This document shows positions 19,401 to 27,600 of a DNA stretch of 64,000 nt, piece by piece. The notes under the pieces are model-generated. The model saw nothing but the letters and a program-made list of their open reading frames with translations. It searched no databases and had not been told where the DNA came from. Made by a program: the position numbers and the translations under genes. Source of the stretch: a virus; IMG/VR virus record IMGVR_UViG_3300045988_133913, positions 1 to 64,000 of that record. The stretch is one strand, 5' to 3'. Position 1 is the stretch's first letter. Each line of letters opens with the position of its first letter.

Positions 19401-21143
19401 GCCCGCCCGGTCAAGGACAAAAACGGTGACCTCATCAACCGCTGGACGCTTGCCAAGACCTACGCATCGCACCTCGCGCGTCTCGCTTCCAGTCTGGAGG
19501 CGCAGAACGAAATTATGCGCTACCTCTCCACAGGCGAGCTGGTGACAGAACTTCAGCGCACGCTGGATGAAGCCGTCGGGGAAGGTGCAATAAACCTGAT
19601 GACGACCCAGACGGACAAGCACTCCGTGATGAGCGACCTGCGCAAGTCCGACCTTGACCGCCTGCTGGATACCACCTCAAGGATGCTTGGCACGACGGCA
19701 AACAAACTGGGTGTCGGTCAGGGCAAGGCATGGCTAGGGGATATTGCCGAATACTACGTGCAGCGCATGACGGAAGTGCCGCAGGTAACGACGGCGCTGG
19801 CGTCTTATCTGGCGTACCGCGAACTTGGCGTGAACAAGCACGAGCGCGCCAACCGGGTGCGCGACCAGTATGACCCGACCCGCACCCGCAGCGAGATTGT
19901 GCGCGGGCTATCTACCATGTACCCATTCGTGCGTTCCACCTTCTCCGGTCACTACAACCTGATGCGGACGCTGAGTGAATACTGGAATCCCGGCGAGCGT
20001 GGCTTCACCACCCTGTACCTCGCTGGCGGCACTGCTGCCATGATGGCAATCCTTGCCCTCGCCGCAGGCGCTATCGGCGACGACGATGACGGTGTGCCGC
20101 TGGTTGCCCGTATGCCCATCGGTACACTCATGAACGGCATCCCCATCCGCACGCCGGATGGTGGTGTCTGGAGTGCGCCTGTAGGCTTCGGGATGCCCAA
20201 GCTGATGTGGGGGACGGCGGTCAACCTTTACCGCCTCGCCTACGGCGAACAGAGTGCTTCTGACATGAGCCGCTCCATGCTAGGACTGGTGATGGACAAC
20301 ACCTCACCTGTGCAGGTGGCAAGCGGCGCGGCGTTCGACCGCGATGTGGGCGCGGGCGCGGCGCTTAGTTTCGCCCCGCTGCTGGCTGTGCCGTTTGTCG
20401 AGATGATGACAAACACGAAGGCATACACCGGGCAGAAAATTTACAACCGCGAAACGCCCAGAGGCGAACGTGATGCCGACCAAGGTGGGTTCAACATACC
20501 GGAAGCCTACAAGGACACCGCACAGACTCTCACCGGCATGGGTATCGACGTGCGCCCGGAAACGCTCAAGCACCTGCTGGAAACATTCAGCTATGGTCCG
20601 CTCAAAGCGATACCGACCTCCCTGCTGGCGGACAAGTCCGAGAAGTACCTCGGCAACCGCGAGACGAAAGGGGAAGCCGCAGGCGCGCTTGTTACCGCTA
20701 TCGGGATGGACATGGCGTGGTCGCCACACGCGCTGGACGACGAGGCGCGGGTGTACCAGATGCTCGACGATATTTACCCTATCTTGGGGAGATACGGCAT
20801 TACCGAAATCTCGCACGACAAGAGCGAATACAAGCGCTTCGGTATCGAGGGGCGGGAGAACCGCAAGGCACGTCTGCTATACGCCAAGATGGTCGCCGCT
20901 GGCGCACCAGAGTGGGAAGCGTCCTTTGTCCGCGACGCGGTTATGCACAAGACCTCGCGCCAGAAAGCCATCAAGGAGTTCCAAGCAGGGTCGGAAGCCT
21001 ACCTGAAAGCGAAGGCTAACGGGGAGGAAAACGAACAACTGCGTGCAGCCCTTGAAAACCAATGGAATGCCATCGAAAATAGCGACCAGAATTTCCTACG
21101 CCAATACAACGAAGACGCCTATGAGATGCAAGACGACTACTAG
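10449..21143 (+). CDS. giant virion-associated protein (3,564 aa), putative internal/ejection protein, with an embedded YkuD-like L,D-transpeptidase domain
   Basis: Uninterrupted 10.7-kb ORF. It has a G/A-rich N-terminus, a G/P/Q low-complexity linker and acidic tracts. The YkuD-like block spans nt 16557-17015 and includes a GC(I)N catalytic-like motif. Confidence 0.8.
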   Translation: MAKNNSLETPLSMPKLPDLDQDLFGAGAGAIFNQSDDLLNPKAVAPLGAQQGKLSPAAQALASAQREQNDLLNYATEQQAKIQQQEARQQAAFDRQQAAQRRETDAAIRQYQRDKKEREKALKEKAKEQGGVLGAGADGSFVLKPMVETILADKNWKDIKSSFQREDEAQGWLKEKAVQLKEQGIPEDLINNELRVAGALFKQDTDAYTKQRSEDRADPLDAVSWLGKAGRNLYKGTVLWLSPVWNKTIGKTGLTFDTEEFVREQNDAINSIDSTLSDKIHFAQENNEYLTQKRRAQGKDGLVAGFTGGIADMWKADNMLYTMLDSAAYIPYSAAVGASAGAFASRVGAATRLTPAIEGITARVNAAAAAPGASLATRIGAKAASHLLSSEVAGGMATTGFFAATDAAGGAYDAVYNQDEDTFRQTYIKANGEENWNNLVQYYGSAGKARAALAEQAAVSAGNSAFINTALLGAAGLETTLLKANKFGLQTFAGKRLATAGANSVSELLEEGLTQYSQNVGAQPATGVDLLEGVPEAAAIGFVAGGSMAGGTQVLGALGKGVKNYVAPEFDAARLDPTQYVHQNQLDYDSYRQVVGREMDNIARTGRRAKWHETDIGSAQQMAYDTIIDDPSKWESFTPDQRAQMQEYLKQAYNINTNPYAQVERQTLTDIWENGDTHVLNAWLQSEEKGIGEDIRNAFRVKHGVELENVPDGVRAYSEALANAIDYQIAAPVLRDTNEQWKAMRDYVKTQVETNPTLTREQQKGIDAILANYLDAGRRRLTDEQVAAAQSQPTGQPNEPANTGAGQGAPTENTQPVAGESGAAPAAGAGSTGGETQSVGQPDAAPAGGVNPQGAGVDNAQQGNQPGGGTDAPAQTVQPAGGAAQAPASGAQPGVTAPVGNAGQTAAGQRAAGQTSATGQPAQPINPGAAPQAGSSGGVGAATPERNPNGGSNQAATQAVGVTGAYSPQADLRDASHAWAQLSKAQKSALAKIGISTPAQLLDILKNDDTVAEAGQRLARTGRVRSMTMKSVQDALKAARDYITSPEWVFNKLTQDQLGLSANEASIPAAVAALQASDEITARKISQLAKGAAEIYGLEDASKEDKIAYAAKLLLDIAQLAKTSPQLLDVAMRLKGAPESWFQDDVDKLLKNDIWATLQSAPGIFEQAGVDFSQSRPNVTQSQQNLWSARAVLFTLKQNIKAGDARSKAVQAGLDKAAKRITDMGGEKGRLSLLFSMLEADSRGEDLTGFLENYYIGSRASADAIAGVIRAYQDAKTYMASPDFQNSLRADNWLRQADKSVYVQAIRDYVRNNYAAFNQMLIQDAEVASGKSARTRVAGTNFETQAVNTDILADVLADVVHNTARLGREYAGEIARSYAGRDENGNRVIKPSAVKRFLEQADTIAANLRQQYLDGKLAQQSTQPEDESEQLVQQGDDLSRLMEEFNAGQQPDADAVMGDLDDAVRGIPAQPRNGEKQIKNGGFDSPEAAEDALSPELFQHPETVEELDTLLRSIAETTGLDPLLVGEYIAREWLSQSEEDYADASTDELLDMVYDAANDIWIYVGEQNATQQIADTKRLEGPRSITADGRRITRQSQDPTGSLARALQPNLSGGAYAQLARPSQPAPVRLAIAPVEEIVAEFGGQEFSLAEIIENTENQRGDRSPTLGELAPEDNNAPRPVIELTVNGVKHRGRLFRWRDRKNGRNRRHVVFVHDGDAFGMRGWDDKWIDFGNAVTRKRVDSINQNDGIRIEVLADQSENQEQTNDKTEKRTQRTGRSETEDENNSGIVGDVRDADVAARGSDNTDARADESEQDEGSGQSDESERGSGAAEGRLETPAPVDVPQGLDYTPEQVAEIDPASLTADERAALNRQDDTSEFIANALYDIEGALEDFGGEDSAALRSGLAKMAALLADPAAPRRATPTTVTEQAAGRKEVADIITDEERDILDAYLEDVGNTEQSAEEFAEEAIADNQFEDSSLPKKVRAVLERIWNALRNGMAAVSMALAVHLGSSMVVSQPAEAANLTPQAGEVVMSSAAKASLDHIIDTADNGGRPFVIADKKAGKLYLMNAEGKVVDTTPALFGKTPSDAAKTAGATGAGKYDLTYNRDTRLPSGYAGSVQSFDTGANGEQFAIHRVIDVKGQNRQSRLDSKTVRDNRITLGCINVPAEFYDAHLDNELGAVLYVLPETANWGGDLYGKTPRQSAQPTPQAVKIATEGTSLTPEQLLAATRSQADNLIANVRGNMDNASYQPVQVTPEQLQAATEAGRKVTTQPVQAQAPIQIAGVQPSTQTAYISPVMVNGVSANTLVVPFEAHTPAEMQANGVFDTQPVGNKTESGDSLYTIASWLAAAFAAGKVNSRRKKRLESRKKANEERLARIEAKNNPELKSEPEDTSVVPDEAEVETAVADNHDVQAAFAKQAGTHNPQTPLSQAVAQAVRQQNVLENKADWIHAFAMRYSSDEAQYQQLLATMGNFEYNLGGVLTDRSYTQSGDFRDRRRWRGDQTDASRVGMLQAFMRFAGGATVAFDNLLHRVGSAAFGHEADSAIASKMLSQVRAKSSGAYAQLHKTLIHPLVMQTATLASQMRRGHGEIEIDTGRTATLNHILNEGAEQMWKGAELEIAKMKLDLQEVEAQIRSTAAGSQIQQTWTSKQLQLLKDIEAAQTLLDRQRDMYYGREEWDGTTDLPGGYTEAQAKTELQALKDKYGEDFAKIEAHSKELVQTIQGIRNFAAAAGVVTNDQLAMYNEMGFKEYVPLYSPQEDVSKTDESISIMQTSRMDRLLEGIPLAQAKSMGLTRDLSRFKRKGATSPAEDAYTNMKVYAMNTAGRVGQQGWLQAVQQLYEGTIGKPYSVAGNLGEETLKELNSQPEGKLPGLIRVRPGMEDYLPAHLQTAIAAPGGRIRAIRAKGYNSAGELVDYHYYFTDKAIQQEVYYTSDTSESFMMRIGRNAGTITRFAARMMTTFRPVWNVYNWVRDSIERISIMIARPVKDKNGDLINRWTLAKTYASHLARLASSLEAQNEIMRYLSTGELVTELQRTLDEAVGEGAINLMTTQTDKHSVMSDLRKSDLDRLLDTTSRMLGTTANKLGVGQGKAWLGDIAEYYVQRMTEVPQVTTALASYLAYRELGVNKHERANRVRDQYDPTRTRSEIVRGLSTMYPFVRSTFSGHYNLMRTLSEYWNPGERGFTTLYLAGGTAAMMAILALAAGAIGDDDDGVPLVARMPIGTLMNGIPIRTPDGGVWSAPVGFGMPKLMWGTAVNLYRLAYGEQSASDMSRSMLGLVMDNTSPVQVASGAAFDRDVGAGAALSFAPLLAVPFVEMMTNTKAYTGQKIYNRETPRGERDADQGGFNIPEAYKDTAQTLTGMGIDVRPETLKHLLETFSYGPLKAIPTSLLADKSEKYLGNRETKGEAAGALVTAIGMDMAWSPHALDDEARVYQMLDDIYPILGRYGITEISHDKSEYKRFGIEGRENRKARLLYAKMVAAGAPEWEASFVRDAVMHKTSRQKAIKEFQAGSEAYLKAKANGEENEQLRAALENQWNAIENSDQNFLRQYNEDAYEMQDDY

Positions 21144-21144
21144 A

Positions 21145-21630
21145 ATGAGCCGCTGCCGCCGACCGCTCATCGAAATCTGCCCGGCGACCAGCCAGATAAA
21201 ACTTGACCTCGCGTCCTGCGGCGTCTGTACGGCTGTCCCTGCGCTTCTTCTGCGCAGGGGAGGGTGTGTGGAGCGGGAGCTGGTTTGCGAGCCTGTAAAA
21301 CCCGCTGAGTGCGGTTGCTGTCCATCGCTTCCACCCCGTCCGCGATGGGTGGATAAACCGCAACCGTCGGTGATTTACCCGCTACACGACATCGACTGCG
21401 ACGGGATGTATGTGTTCGTGCTGGACGACATGATGAAAGAGCTAGGGCTTGGGCGGCTGGAAGCGGTCGTGCTGGTCGAAGATGACGGCACGTACCCCGC
21501 CGAGCGCCACCACACGAGTGAGAAGAACTACGTCGAGACGGCTATCCGCTTCGACGTGGACTACCTGCCCTACCAGATGCCGCTGCGTGGCATCGACACG
21601 TCCAACCTTGCCGCTACGAGGGGGTGCTGA
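21145..21630 (+). CDS. Cys-rich hypothetical protein
   Basis: Start moved to the ATG one nt after the giant gene stop. Multiple Cys pairs (CGVC, CGCC). Confidence 0.4.
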   Translation: MSRCRRPLIEICPATSQIKLDLASCGVCTAVPALLLRRGGCVERELVCEPVKPAECGCCPSLPPRPRWVDKPQPSVIYPLHDIDCDGMYVFVLDDMMKELGLGRLEAVVLVEDDGTYPAERHHTSEKNYVETAIRFDVDYLPYQMPLRGIDTSNLAATRGC

Positions 21631-21968
21631 TGTATATTCCGCTTTTTGGTTTCCAGACGCACCTGCGCGAAGGACTGCCCATCGACGGTCGCCACCTGCC
21701 GATACCGGAGACGGCGTACCAGCACCTGCTCTCGCGGCTAGACGACGGCGACTGGTCGTATCTGGAGCTGCGCGAGGGGCGTGTCAGCGAGATTGTGCGC
21801 GTGCATAACGTGTGCGGTAAACTGGTTATCGACCGGGGTGTGGAGTGTACCGCCCCGCGCTGCCAGCGCTGTGGCATCGGCGTGTTTTTCGTAATGACCG
21901 CACAGGGTGTCCGTGATGCCGTCTGCCAGATGACCGACAAAGATTGTGAAAAAGGAGACTGCCCGTGA
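21624..21968 (+). CDS. hypothetical protein, paralog of 21965-22288
   Basis: C-terminus VRDAVCQMTDKDCEKGDCP aligns with VRDIVCQMECCP. The DGDWSYLELREGRVSEIVRV block aligns with DGDYTYLVLFDGTQTEVVQL. Confidence 0.45.
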   Translation: MLMYIPLFGFQTHLREGLPIDGRHLPIPETAYQHLLSRLDDGDWSYLELREGRVSEIVRVHNVCGKLVIDRGVECTAPRCQRCGIGVFFVMTAQGVRDAVCQMTDKDCEKGDCP

Positions 21969-22288
21969 GATACGTCCAATTCGCCGGGTTTAACTCGAAT
22001 ACCACCGACAAGCTGCTCGATACCGACCTCGACTTGCCTGTGTACGAGCAGCACCTCGCCCTGCTGCGCAAGCGCCTCTCTGCCGACGGCGACTACACCT
22101 ACCTCGTGCTGTTTGATGGCACGCAGACAGAAGTAGTGCAGCTAACTAACCACGGCGGGGCGCTCAAACTCACCCGCGCGCTGGAAGATACCCCCGCGCA
22201 ATCGTTCCCTACCGGAACGTGCGTGCGGTGGGAACTTACCCCGGCAGCGGTACGCGATATTGTCTGCCAGATGGAGTGCTGCCCATGA
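21965..22288 (+). CDS. hypothetical protein, paralog of 21624-21968
   Basis: GTG start with GGAG 8 nt upstream. Tandem duplicate. Confidence 0.45.
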   Translation: MRYVQFAGFNSNTTDKLLDTDLDLPVYEQHLALLRKRLSADGDYTYLVLFDGTQTEVVQLTNHGGALKLTRALEDTPAQSFPTGTCVRWELTPAAVRDIVCQMECCP

Positions 22289-22713
22289 GCGCTGTATTAG
22301 TAAAATTCGTCAGTTGTGTGCTGCTTCTGGTGTTCGGCATCATGTTCGGGTTCGACCTCGTGCCGCCGTATTATCGTGTCGGCACGGCTGATGCTAATTC
22401 ATGGGCAGTCGCCCTGATGACGCTGTGCCTTGCGCAATCCGCTATGACGCTACTTGCCATGAGGGACTGCATCCGCTGCCGGGTGTGGAGCGATTTTCTC
22501 CTCCAAATTACCGGGCTGGTGTTTATAATCCTCGGCGGCGCGTTTGTAACCAAATATCCACCGTTCACATGGGCGATGTGGCTATTCCCCTTGCTAGGGT
22601 TACTGTGCCTGACGACCGGGCGGGAGTTCAGCAGATACTCCAGAAACAAATTGCAACCGCCCTCCATCCGGTCTGGAGGTGCTGACCGGATGGAACTGCA
22701 TGACCGAACTTAA
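22285..22713 (+). CDS. membrane protein with about 4 TM segments, holin/antiholin candidate
   Basis: Start moved to ATG 22285, which has GGAG upstream and an ATGA overlap. It has hydrophobic helices and sits in the lysis cluster. Confidence 0.45.
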   Translation: MSAVLVKFVSCVLLLVFGIMFGFDLVPPYYRVGTADANSWAVALMTLCLAQSAMTLLAMRDCIRCRVWSDFLLQITGLVFIILGGAFVTKYPPFTWAMWLFPLLGLLCLTTGREFSRYSRNKLQPPSIRSGGADRMELHDRT

Positions 22714-23062
22714 TGGAATCCACACGAACTTAGCGGCAGGCGTCGGTTTTGCTTTCTTCGCGGTGCTGGTCGGCACGCGCTGGAGTGAAATTGGTCTGCG
22801 GGACTATATAATCATCATGGTGCTGGCGCTTCTTTCCACGGCTTTTGCCATCGAGCGCTGGTTTTCTGACGGCACAGTCGTTACCTGTTCCCTCATTGGG
22901 TTCGGTATCGGCTATCTGGCAGACGACGTGTATATCAACATCAACGCGACGCTGCCGGATGTGATTAAAGGTATTATCGGGGACGGCACAGAATGGCTGC
23001 ACAACAAGGTGCGGCAGGTGTTGGGGCTTGCCCCGAAAGACGATGACGAGGAGGACGAATGA
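22700..23062 (+). CDS. membrane protein (2-3 TM, acidic C-terminus), holin candidate
   Basis: TM helices are followed by KDDDEEDE. It lies before the spanin and hydrolase genes. The start could equally be 22679. Confidence 0.45.
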   Translation: MTELNGIHTNLAAGVGFAFFAVLVGTRWSEIGLRDYIIIMVLALLSTAFAIERWFSDGTVVTCSLIGFGIGYLADDVYININATLPDVIKGIIGDGTEWLHNKVRQVLGLAPKDDDEEDE

Positions 23063-23406
23063 ACTACAAACCCTATATTTACGCCGCTGCCTGCCTGTTC
23101 ATGCTCTGGTGTGGCTATGATGCTGGCAAAACCGTGGGTCGGCAGGATATGCAGAAAGAAGTCCACGCGGCAAAGCTGGAAGTGGACAACATGAAGCGCC
23201 GGGCGCAGGAGATGGCAGACAACCACGCGAAGCAGATGAGTGCCGCCAGCAAGATGTATCAGGAAGTACGTGCAGAAGCCGAAGCTAAACAGAAAGAAAG
23301 GATTGTAAAAGTGCGGGAGATTGTGGAGAAGCCCGTGTACCGTAGCGACTGCATCGACAAATCAGGGTTGGATGAAATCAACAAGGTAATTGGAGGAAGC
23401 AAATGA
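23059..23406 (+). CDS. i-spanin-like protein (N-terminal TM anchor plus periplasmic coiled coil)
   Basis: The N-terminus YIYAAACLFMLWCGY is hydrophobic. The rest is charged and helical. Strong GAGGAGG RBS. Confidence 0.5.
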   Translation: MNYKPYIYAAACLFMLWCGYDAGKTVGRQDMQKEVHAAKLEVDNMKRRAQEMADNHAKQMSAASKMYQEVRAEAEAKQKERIVKVREIVEKPVYRSDCIDKSGLDEINKVIGGSK

Positions 23407-23927
23407 ACGAACTCGACTGGATTGCCGAAGGGCGCAAACTCATCGGCGTGGAAGAAAACGCCAACACCTCTAAGGTCGTCGCCATGTGGCGCGATGGCTT
23501 CGAGGCGTCGGGACAAGCCGGGCGGATGAAAGAGTCCGTGTGGAATACTGGCAGCACGCCGTGGTGCGGAGGCTTCGTCGCCGCCTGCCTCGCCCGTGCA
23601 GGTCTGGGCAAGCACGTGCCGAAAGACTTTCCGCTTGCGCGTGCATGGGCTAAGGTAGGCACACCGCTCTCTAAGCCCGCGTATGGCTGCGTGGTCGTCT
23701 TTACACGCGACGGTGGGGGTCACGTTGGCTTTGTCGTCGGTAAGGACACTAAGGGCAACCTGATGGTGCTAGGCGGCAATCAGGGCAACCACGTCTGCAT
23801 CAAACCGTTCAGCAAAGCGCGCGTGCTGGCGTATCGCTGGTGCGGGCAGACAGGCGCACCTGCACAGGGTCGGTACGACCTACCGCTACTGTCGTCGGAT
23901 GGCAAGGTGAGTACGAATGAAGCGTAG
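23403..23927 (+). CDS. TIGR02594-family peptidoglycan hydrolase (endolysin candidate)
   Basis: Motifs TPWCGGFVAACL and GGHVGFVVG match the TIGR02594 family. GGAGG RBS. Confidence 0.55.
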   Translation: MNELDWIAEGRKLIGVEENANTSKVVAMWRDGFEASGQAGRMKESVWNTGSTPWCGGFVAACLARAGLGKHVPKDFPLARAWAKVGTPLSKPAYGCVVVFTRDGGGHVGFVVGKDTKGNLMVLGGNQGNHVCIKPFSKARVLAYRWCGQTGAPAQGRYDLPLLSSDGKVSTNEA

Positions 23928-24019
23928 TGCTCAGTTATATAAATAATTTATTGTGCAGCAGGCCATAACCGGCCCTCCGTGTTCGTAAGTTATTGATTTG
24001 TGTAGATGGGTAAAATTCC

Positions 24020-24307
24020 ATGTTTACTAAACTATTGATTTATAAATATACTTTCATCAGGCCGCTGGCGGCCCTACTGCTAACTGCCTGCACCCGCGTT
24101 ACCGTCCCGTATCTCGCGCATGAACCGCCTGCTGACCTAACGCAGCCCTGCCCTGCACTGCAACCGCTGGCGGGCATGACGGGCAAAGACATGACGCTGT
24201 GGATAATCACCGCTGCCAACCAGTATCACGACTGTGCTGCCCGCCACGCCGGGCTGGTGCAGGCAACCCGCATCGAGGGGTCTGTCACGCGGTATGAGTG
24301 GCGCTGA
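24020..24307 (+). CDS. lipoprotein (lipobox LLTAC), o-spanin candidate
   Basis: Signal peptide with a lipobox cysteine. Last gene of the + strand cassette. Confidence 0.4.
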   Translation: MFTKLLIYKYTFIRPLAALLLTACTRVTVPYLAHEPPADLTQPCPALQPLAGMTGKDMTLWIITAANQYHDCAARHAGLVQATRIEGSVTRYEWR

Positions 24308-24329
24308 CCCATTTGTGACCCACAATCAA

Positions 24330-24368
24330 CAAAAAATGAGCCACAAACGAATTTGTGGCTCATTTAGT
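24330..24368. terminator. bidirectional rho-independent terminator between the convergent late and early operons
   Basis: An A-run precedes a 12-bp stem ATGAGCCACAAA-cgaa-TTTGTGGCTCAT. A T-run follows. Confidence 0.65.
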
Positions 24369-24382
24369 CTGCACAAGTGCGA

Positions 24383-24664
24383 TTAGAGGATGGAGACGTT
24401 CAGATTTTCTGACGGCTTGAAATGGATATAGGTCTTTGCAGGGATGGTAATCGGCTCACCATTCTGCGGGTTTTTGCCTTTGCGCTCGGCACGGGTTTTC
24501 TTCTGGAATGAACCCACATCGCGGATTTCTACACGCCCGCCTGCACGGAGGGTTTCTACGACGTGCGACCACATGGCGTCCAGAGCCTTGCGCGCGCTGT
24601 CTTGGGTGATGCCTGCGTCTTTAGCGACGGCTGCAATCAGTTTTACTTTGCTAAGATTACTCAT
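24383..24664 (-). CDS. HU/IHF-family histone-like DNA-binding protein
   Basis: Sequence matches HU family: ...IAAVAKDAGITQDSARKALDAM...GRVEIRDVGSFQKKTRAERKGKNPQNGEPITIPAK... GAGGA RBS. Confidence 0.75.
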   Translation of the reverse strand: MSNLSKVKLIAAVAKDAGITQDSARKALDAMWSHVVETLRAGGRVEIRDVGSFQKKTRAERKGKNPQNGEPITIPAKTYIHFKPSENLNVSIL

Positions 24665-27600
24665 GAGTTTTCCTCGGTTAAGTTTTCATAACCCTCGAGT
24701 GATATATCGAGGGGGATTTTTACGCAGATACATTCAGTCTTACCTGCGCCTCTGGAGACGGTAAAGCCTCCCAAGTCGATTTTCTGGGGTTTTATCACCT
24801 TGCCGTAGAGCGCCTCGAGGTTGCTGATAAACTCCGGCGCGCCGATGTTCTGGCGCTTGCACCACTGCTTAATAGCTGGCATCGAAATGAACGCGCGTTC
24901 TTCCTTCATCTCGTAGCGTATCTGGATACCACGACCCGGCACCGTCTGTTTCTTGACGTAGTTCACGTCGTTCATCACGCCCTTGCCGGGCTGGTCGGGC
25001 ATATCTGACGGGCGGACATGGGCGGCGACCACAATCCGCGCGCCCTCATGCTCGTTCATAAACTGCGCAATCATGCCTTCCGGTGACATCAGGCTCTGTC
25101 CGATAGTCTGCTTGCCTTCAGCGATAAGCCCCAGCAGGTATTCCAGCAGGTTGTCGAGGTCGTAGTTAATCAACCCCAAGTCACGAGCGATACGCATCCC
25201 AACCATCATGCGAGTAGTCATGTACGACCAGAAGCGGTAGTTGCTGCCGATGCTTGCACGCTTGCGGATGAGCTTCTCCATCTCGTACAGCTCGTCTTCG
25301 ATTTCTTCCTTGTGGGTCGTCACGTAGCGGATATAGACGTCGCCTGCCACGCCGTAGTTCTGCGGCAGCTTGCGGATAAGGCGTTCGTTTTCCTCGAACT
25401 CCTCCGGGGAGTAAACCTCTCCTAGCGGCTTGACCTTTATCTCCAGCACCCGGCTCATCTGGGCAGAAGCGTCATGGCTGTGGTTGGCAAGCGAGGCGAT
25501 GATACTGCTGTTTGCGCTCATCACGGGCAGGCACGACCAGAATGTAGTGTTGAGTTGCAGGTTCTCGCCACCTGACTGCATCCGGTCTTTGCCGCGCCCT
25601 TGCGTGAGCTGGTAGGCAATATCGGAAGCGTCTTTCGGCGAAATATCGGTCATCTCGTCAAAGCCAGCGGCTATGTTGTTCATGATGCCGAGCTTGGCGA
25701 ACCGGGCGATGTAGGTGTCTTCCTTGTTTATCATCAGCCCGGTACGCGGTGACGGGTCGCCGTAAACAGAAATGCCAAGTGAGAGCGCGGCTGACTTGCC
25801 CGCGCCTTTCTCGCCTGTGAGGAACAGAAGCGCGGCACTCTCCAGCGCGCCGATGGGCATCAGCGGAGAAGCGAAAGCCGCAGCGAGTGTCGTCTGCGCC
25901 CACTCCATGCCCTTGCGGTTGTAGGTTTCCGCAATCGCTTTCCATGTGTCGAGTGAGCCGCGCGGACGGGTCAGCCCGCTATAAATCGCGGCTTTTCCCT
26001 TCGGTGCAATTTCGATGACGCTGCCGTCTGCCTTGTACAGTTTGTCGCCTAGCAGGAAACTCTGTTGGTCTTTGTCCCATCCGAGCTGGTCTGTGACCGT
26101 GGTTTCGGCAAGGGTAGATTCGGTTTGCTTGAGAAGTTCGATTAGCATCTGTCCCATCAACTTTCTGTCTTTGTCGTGCAGCAGAAAACCGACAGAGCCG
26201 AGGTAAGCGTTTAGCCCCTGCCCCATCAGGGTCTCGCCCGGTATCTGCACATCATCATACCCTTTCAGGTGGTGTTTGCGAAAGACGTAGCTCATCTGAA
26301 CTTCGCCTGTTGCGGTGCGGGCTTTAATCCGCTGCACCGGATAAACGGGGTATGGGTAAATATTGCGCCAGTACCAGTCGCCTTCGGCGTCCTTGCAGCG
26401 CACGAAACATCCGCCTTCGTTTACCCTAACCGTCTGATATTCGTATTTGGGCAAGTTGGATTCGGGTTCAGCGGCTGGTGATAGGTCTTCCCCCTCCGCT
26501 GCCCACCCAGACGGCACAGGAAGCGTTATCGCGGGTCGTGGCGGCAGGTCAGTAGTCTGACTAGGGGTGGCGTCCTTTGGGGCGGCAGGCGTCACCTCCT
26601 GCGCGAGAAGCGGGGCATTCGGCACGCTGATGGGTGACTTGATTATGCCTGCAAACGGACAACCCTCGCACGCTTCCGGACGGTATTCGGCGAAGGTGCT
26701 ACAGTGCATGGGCTTGATGTCGTTGGCTTCCAGCCATGCGAACTTTTCGTCGATGCTGTATTCGCTGTGCCACTTGGGGTCAGTCGAGAGGCGCTCTGCC
26801 GTTTCGCGTCCGTCGGTGCAGAAACGCAGCACGGAAAGCGCCGCACGCCACGTCGGCTCTTTGCCATCGTTCATGGTGCGGATTTGCTTGCATCCGGCAA
26901 CGATGTCTGCGGCGTTGCGTTCTGGGAAGTCTGCTTTGGGAATCTGGAAAAAGCGCATGAGCGCAGCATCAGTCACCGCCTTCACGTAGTCCGGCACGTT
27001 TACCTGCGGAAGCGTAGGAACATGACTGGTCGCCTTCGGCACGTAAGCGTCGAGTTTTTCTTTGTAGAAGGCGTAGGGCATGGTCGCGCCCACGACGCGG
27101 ATTTCCACCAGCGCCGCACCCGTCATACCACCTTTCATATTCCACGTGCCGGGCAGTCGCAGGACGCTGGCAATATCGCGCGTCCGCATCGGGTCGGCGT
27201 GCAGCCCCAGAGCTTCGCAGGCGGCGCGCAGGCGGTCGGCAAGGTACTGCCATTCGTCGGGTGTTACTTCCGCCTCCAGTGCCCAGTAAACGTGCAATCC
27301 TGCTGCGCCAGACGCGACCACCCACGGGCAGGGCATACCGCTTGCGACACAGAAATCGCGCAGGGAAGTCAGCGCTTCGGCGCGGGTTTTGTAATCCTTT
27401 TTCTCGCCCACGTCGAGGTCAAGCCATAACGCTTTGACCGCACGGGCGTTGTTGCGCGTGCGAAGCTGGTTTTTCTCGCCCTTGTGGGTCTGCACGGTAT
27501 GCCAGCCTTGCTTGTACGCAGCCAGCGCGAACCACACGTCACGCGGCAGTTGATAAAAATAGCCTGCGGTCTGGACAAGTTCGTCTTGGCGCTCCAGCAC

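Noticed and set aside
10449-21143. Many 60-320-aa ORFs in other frames or the opposite strand within the giant gene, for example 12819-13322, 13992-14948, 17229-18074 and 17365-17973
   Set aside because: All are nested in the continuous 3,564-aa frame. Their R/A/P-rich composition is the signature of antisense or shadow frames.
10449-21143. Calling the giant protein an N4-type virion RNA polymerase
   Set aside because: Size and context are compatible. I could not find the T7-like motifs (DxxxxD, R-x3-K-x7-YG, HDS) anywhere. The gene order TerL then portal is not N4-like, and no RNAP II genes are visible. It is kept only as a testable alternative.
21147-21172. Hairpin ATGAGC-N13-GCTCAT right after the giant gene as a terminator
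   Set aside because: The stem is only 6 bp with a 13-nt loop and no U-tract. It also overlaps the start of the next gene.
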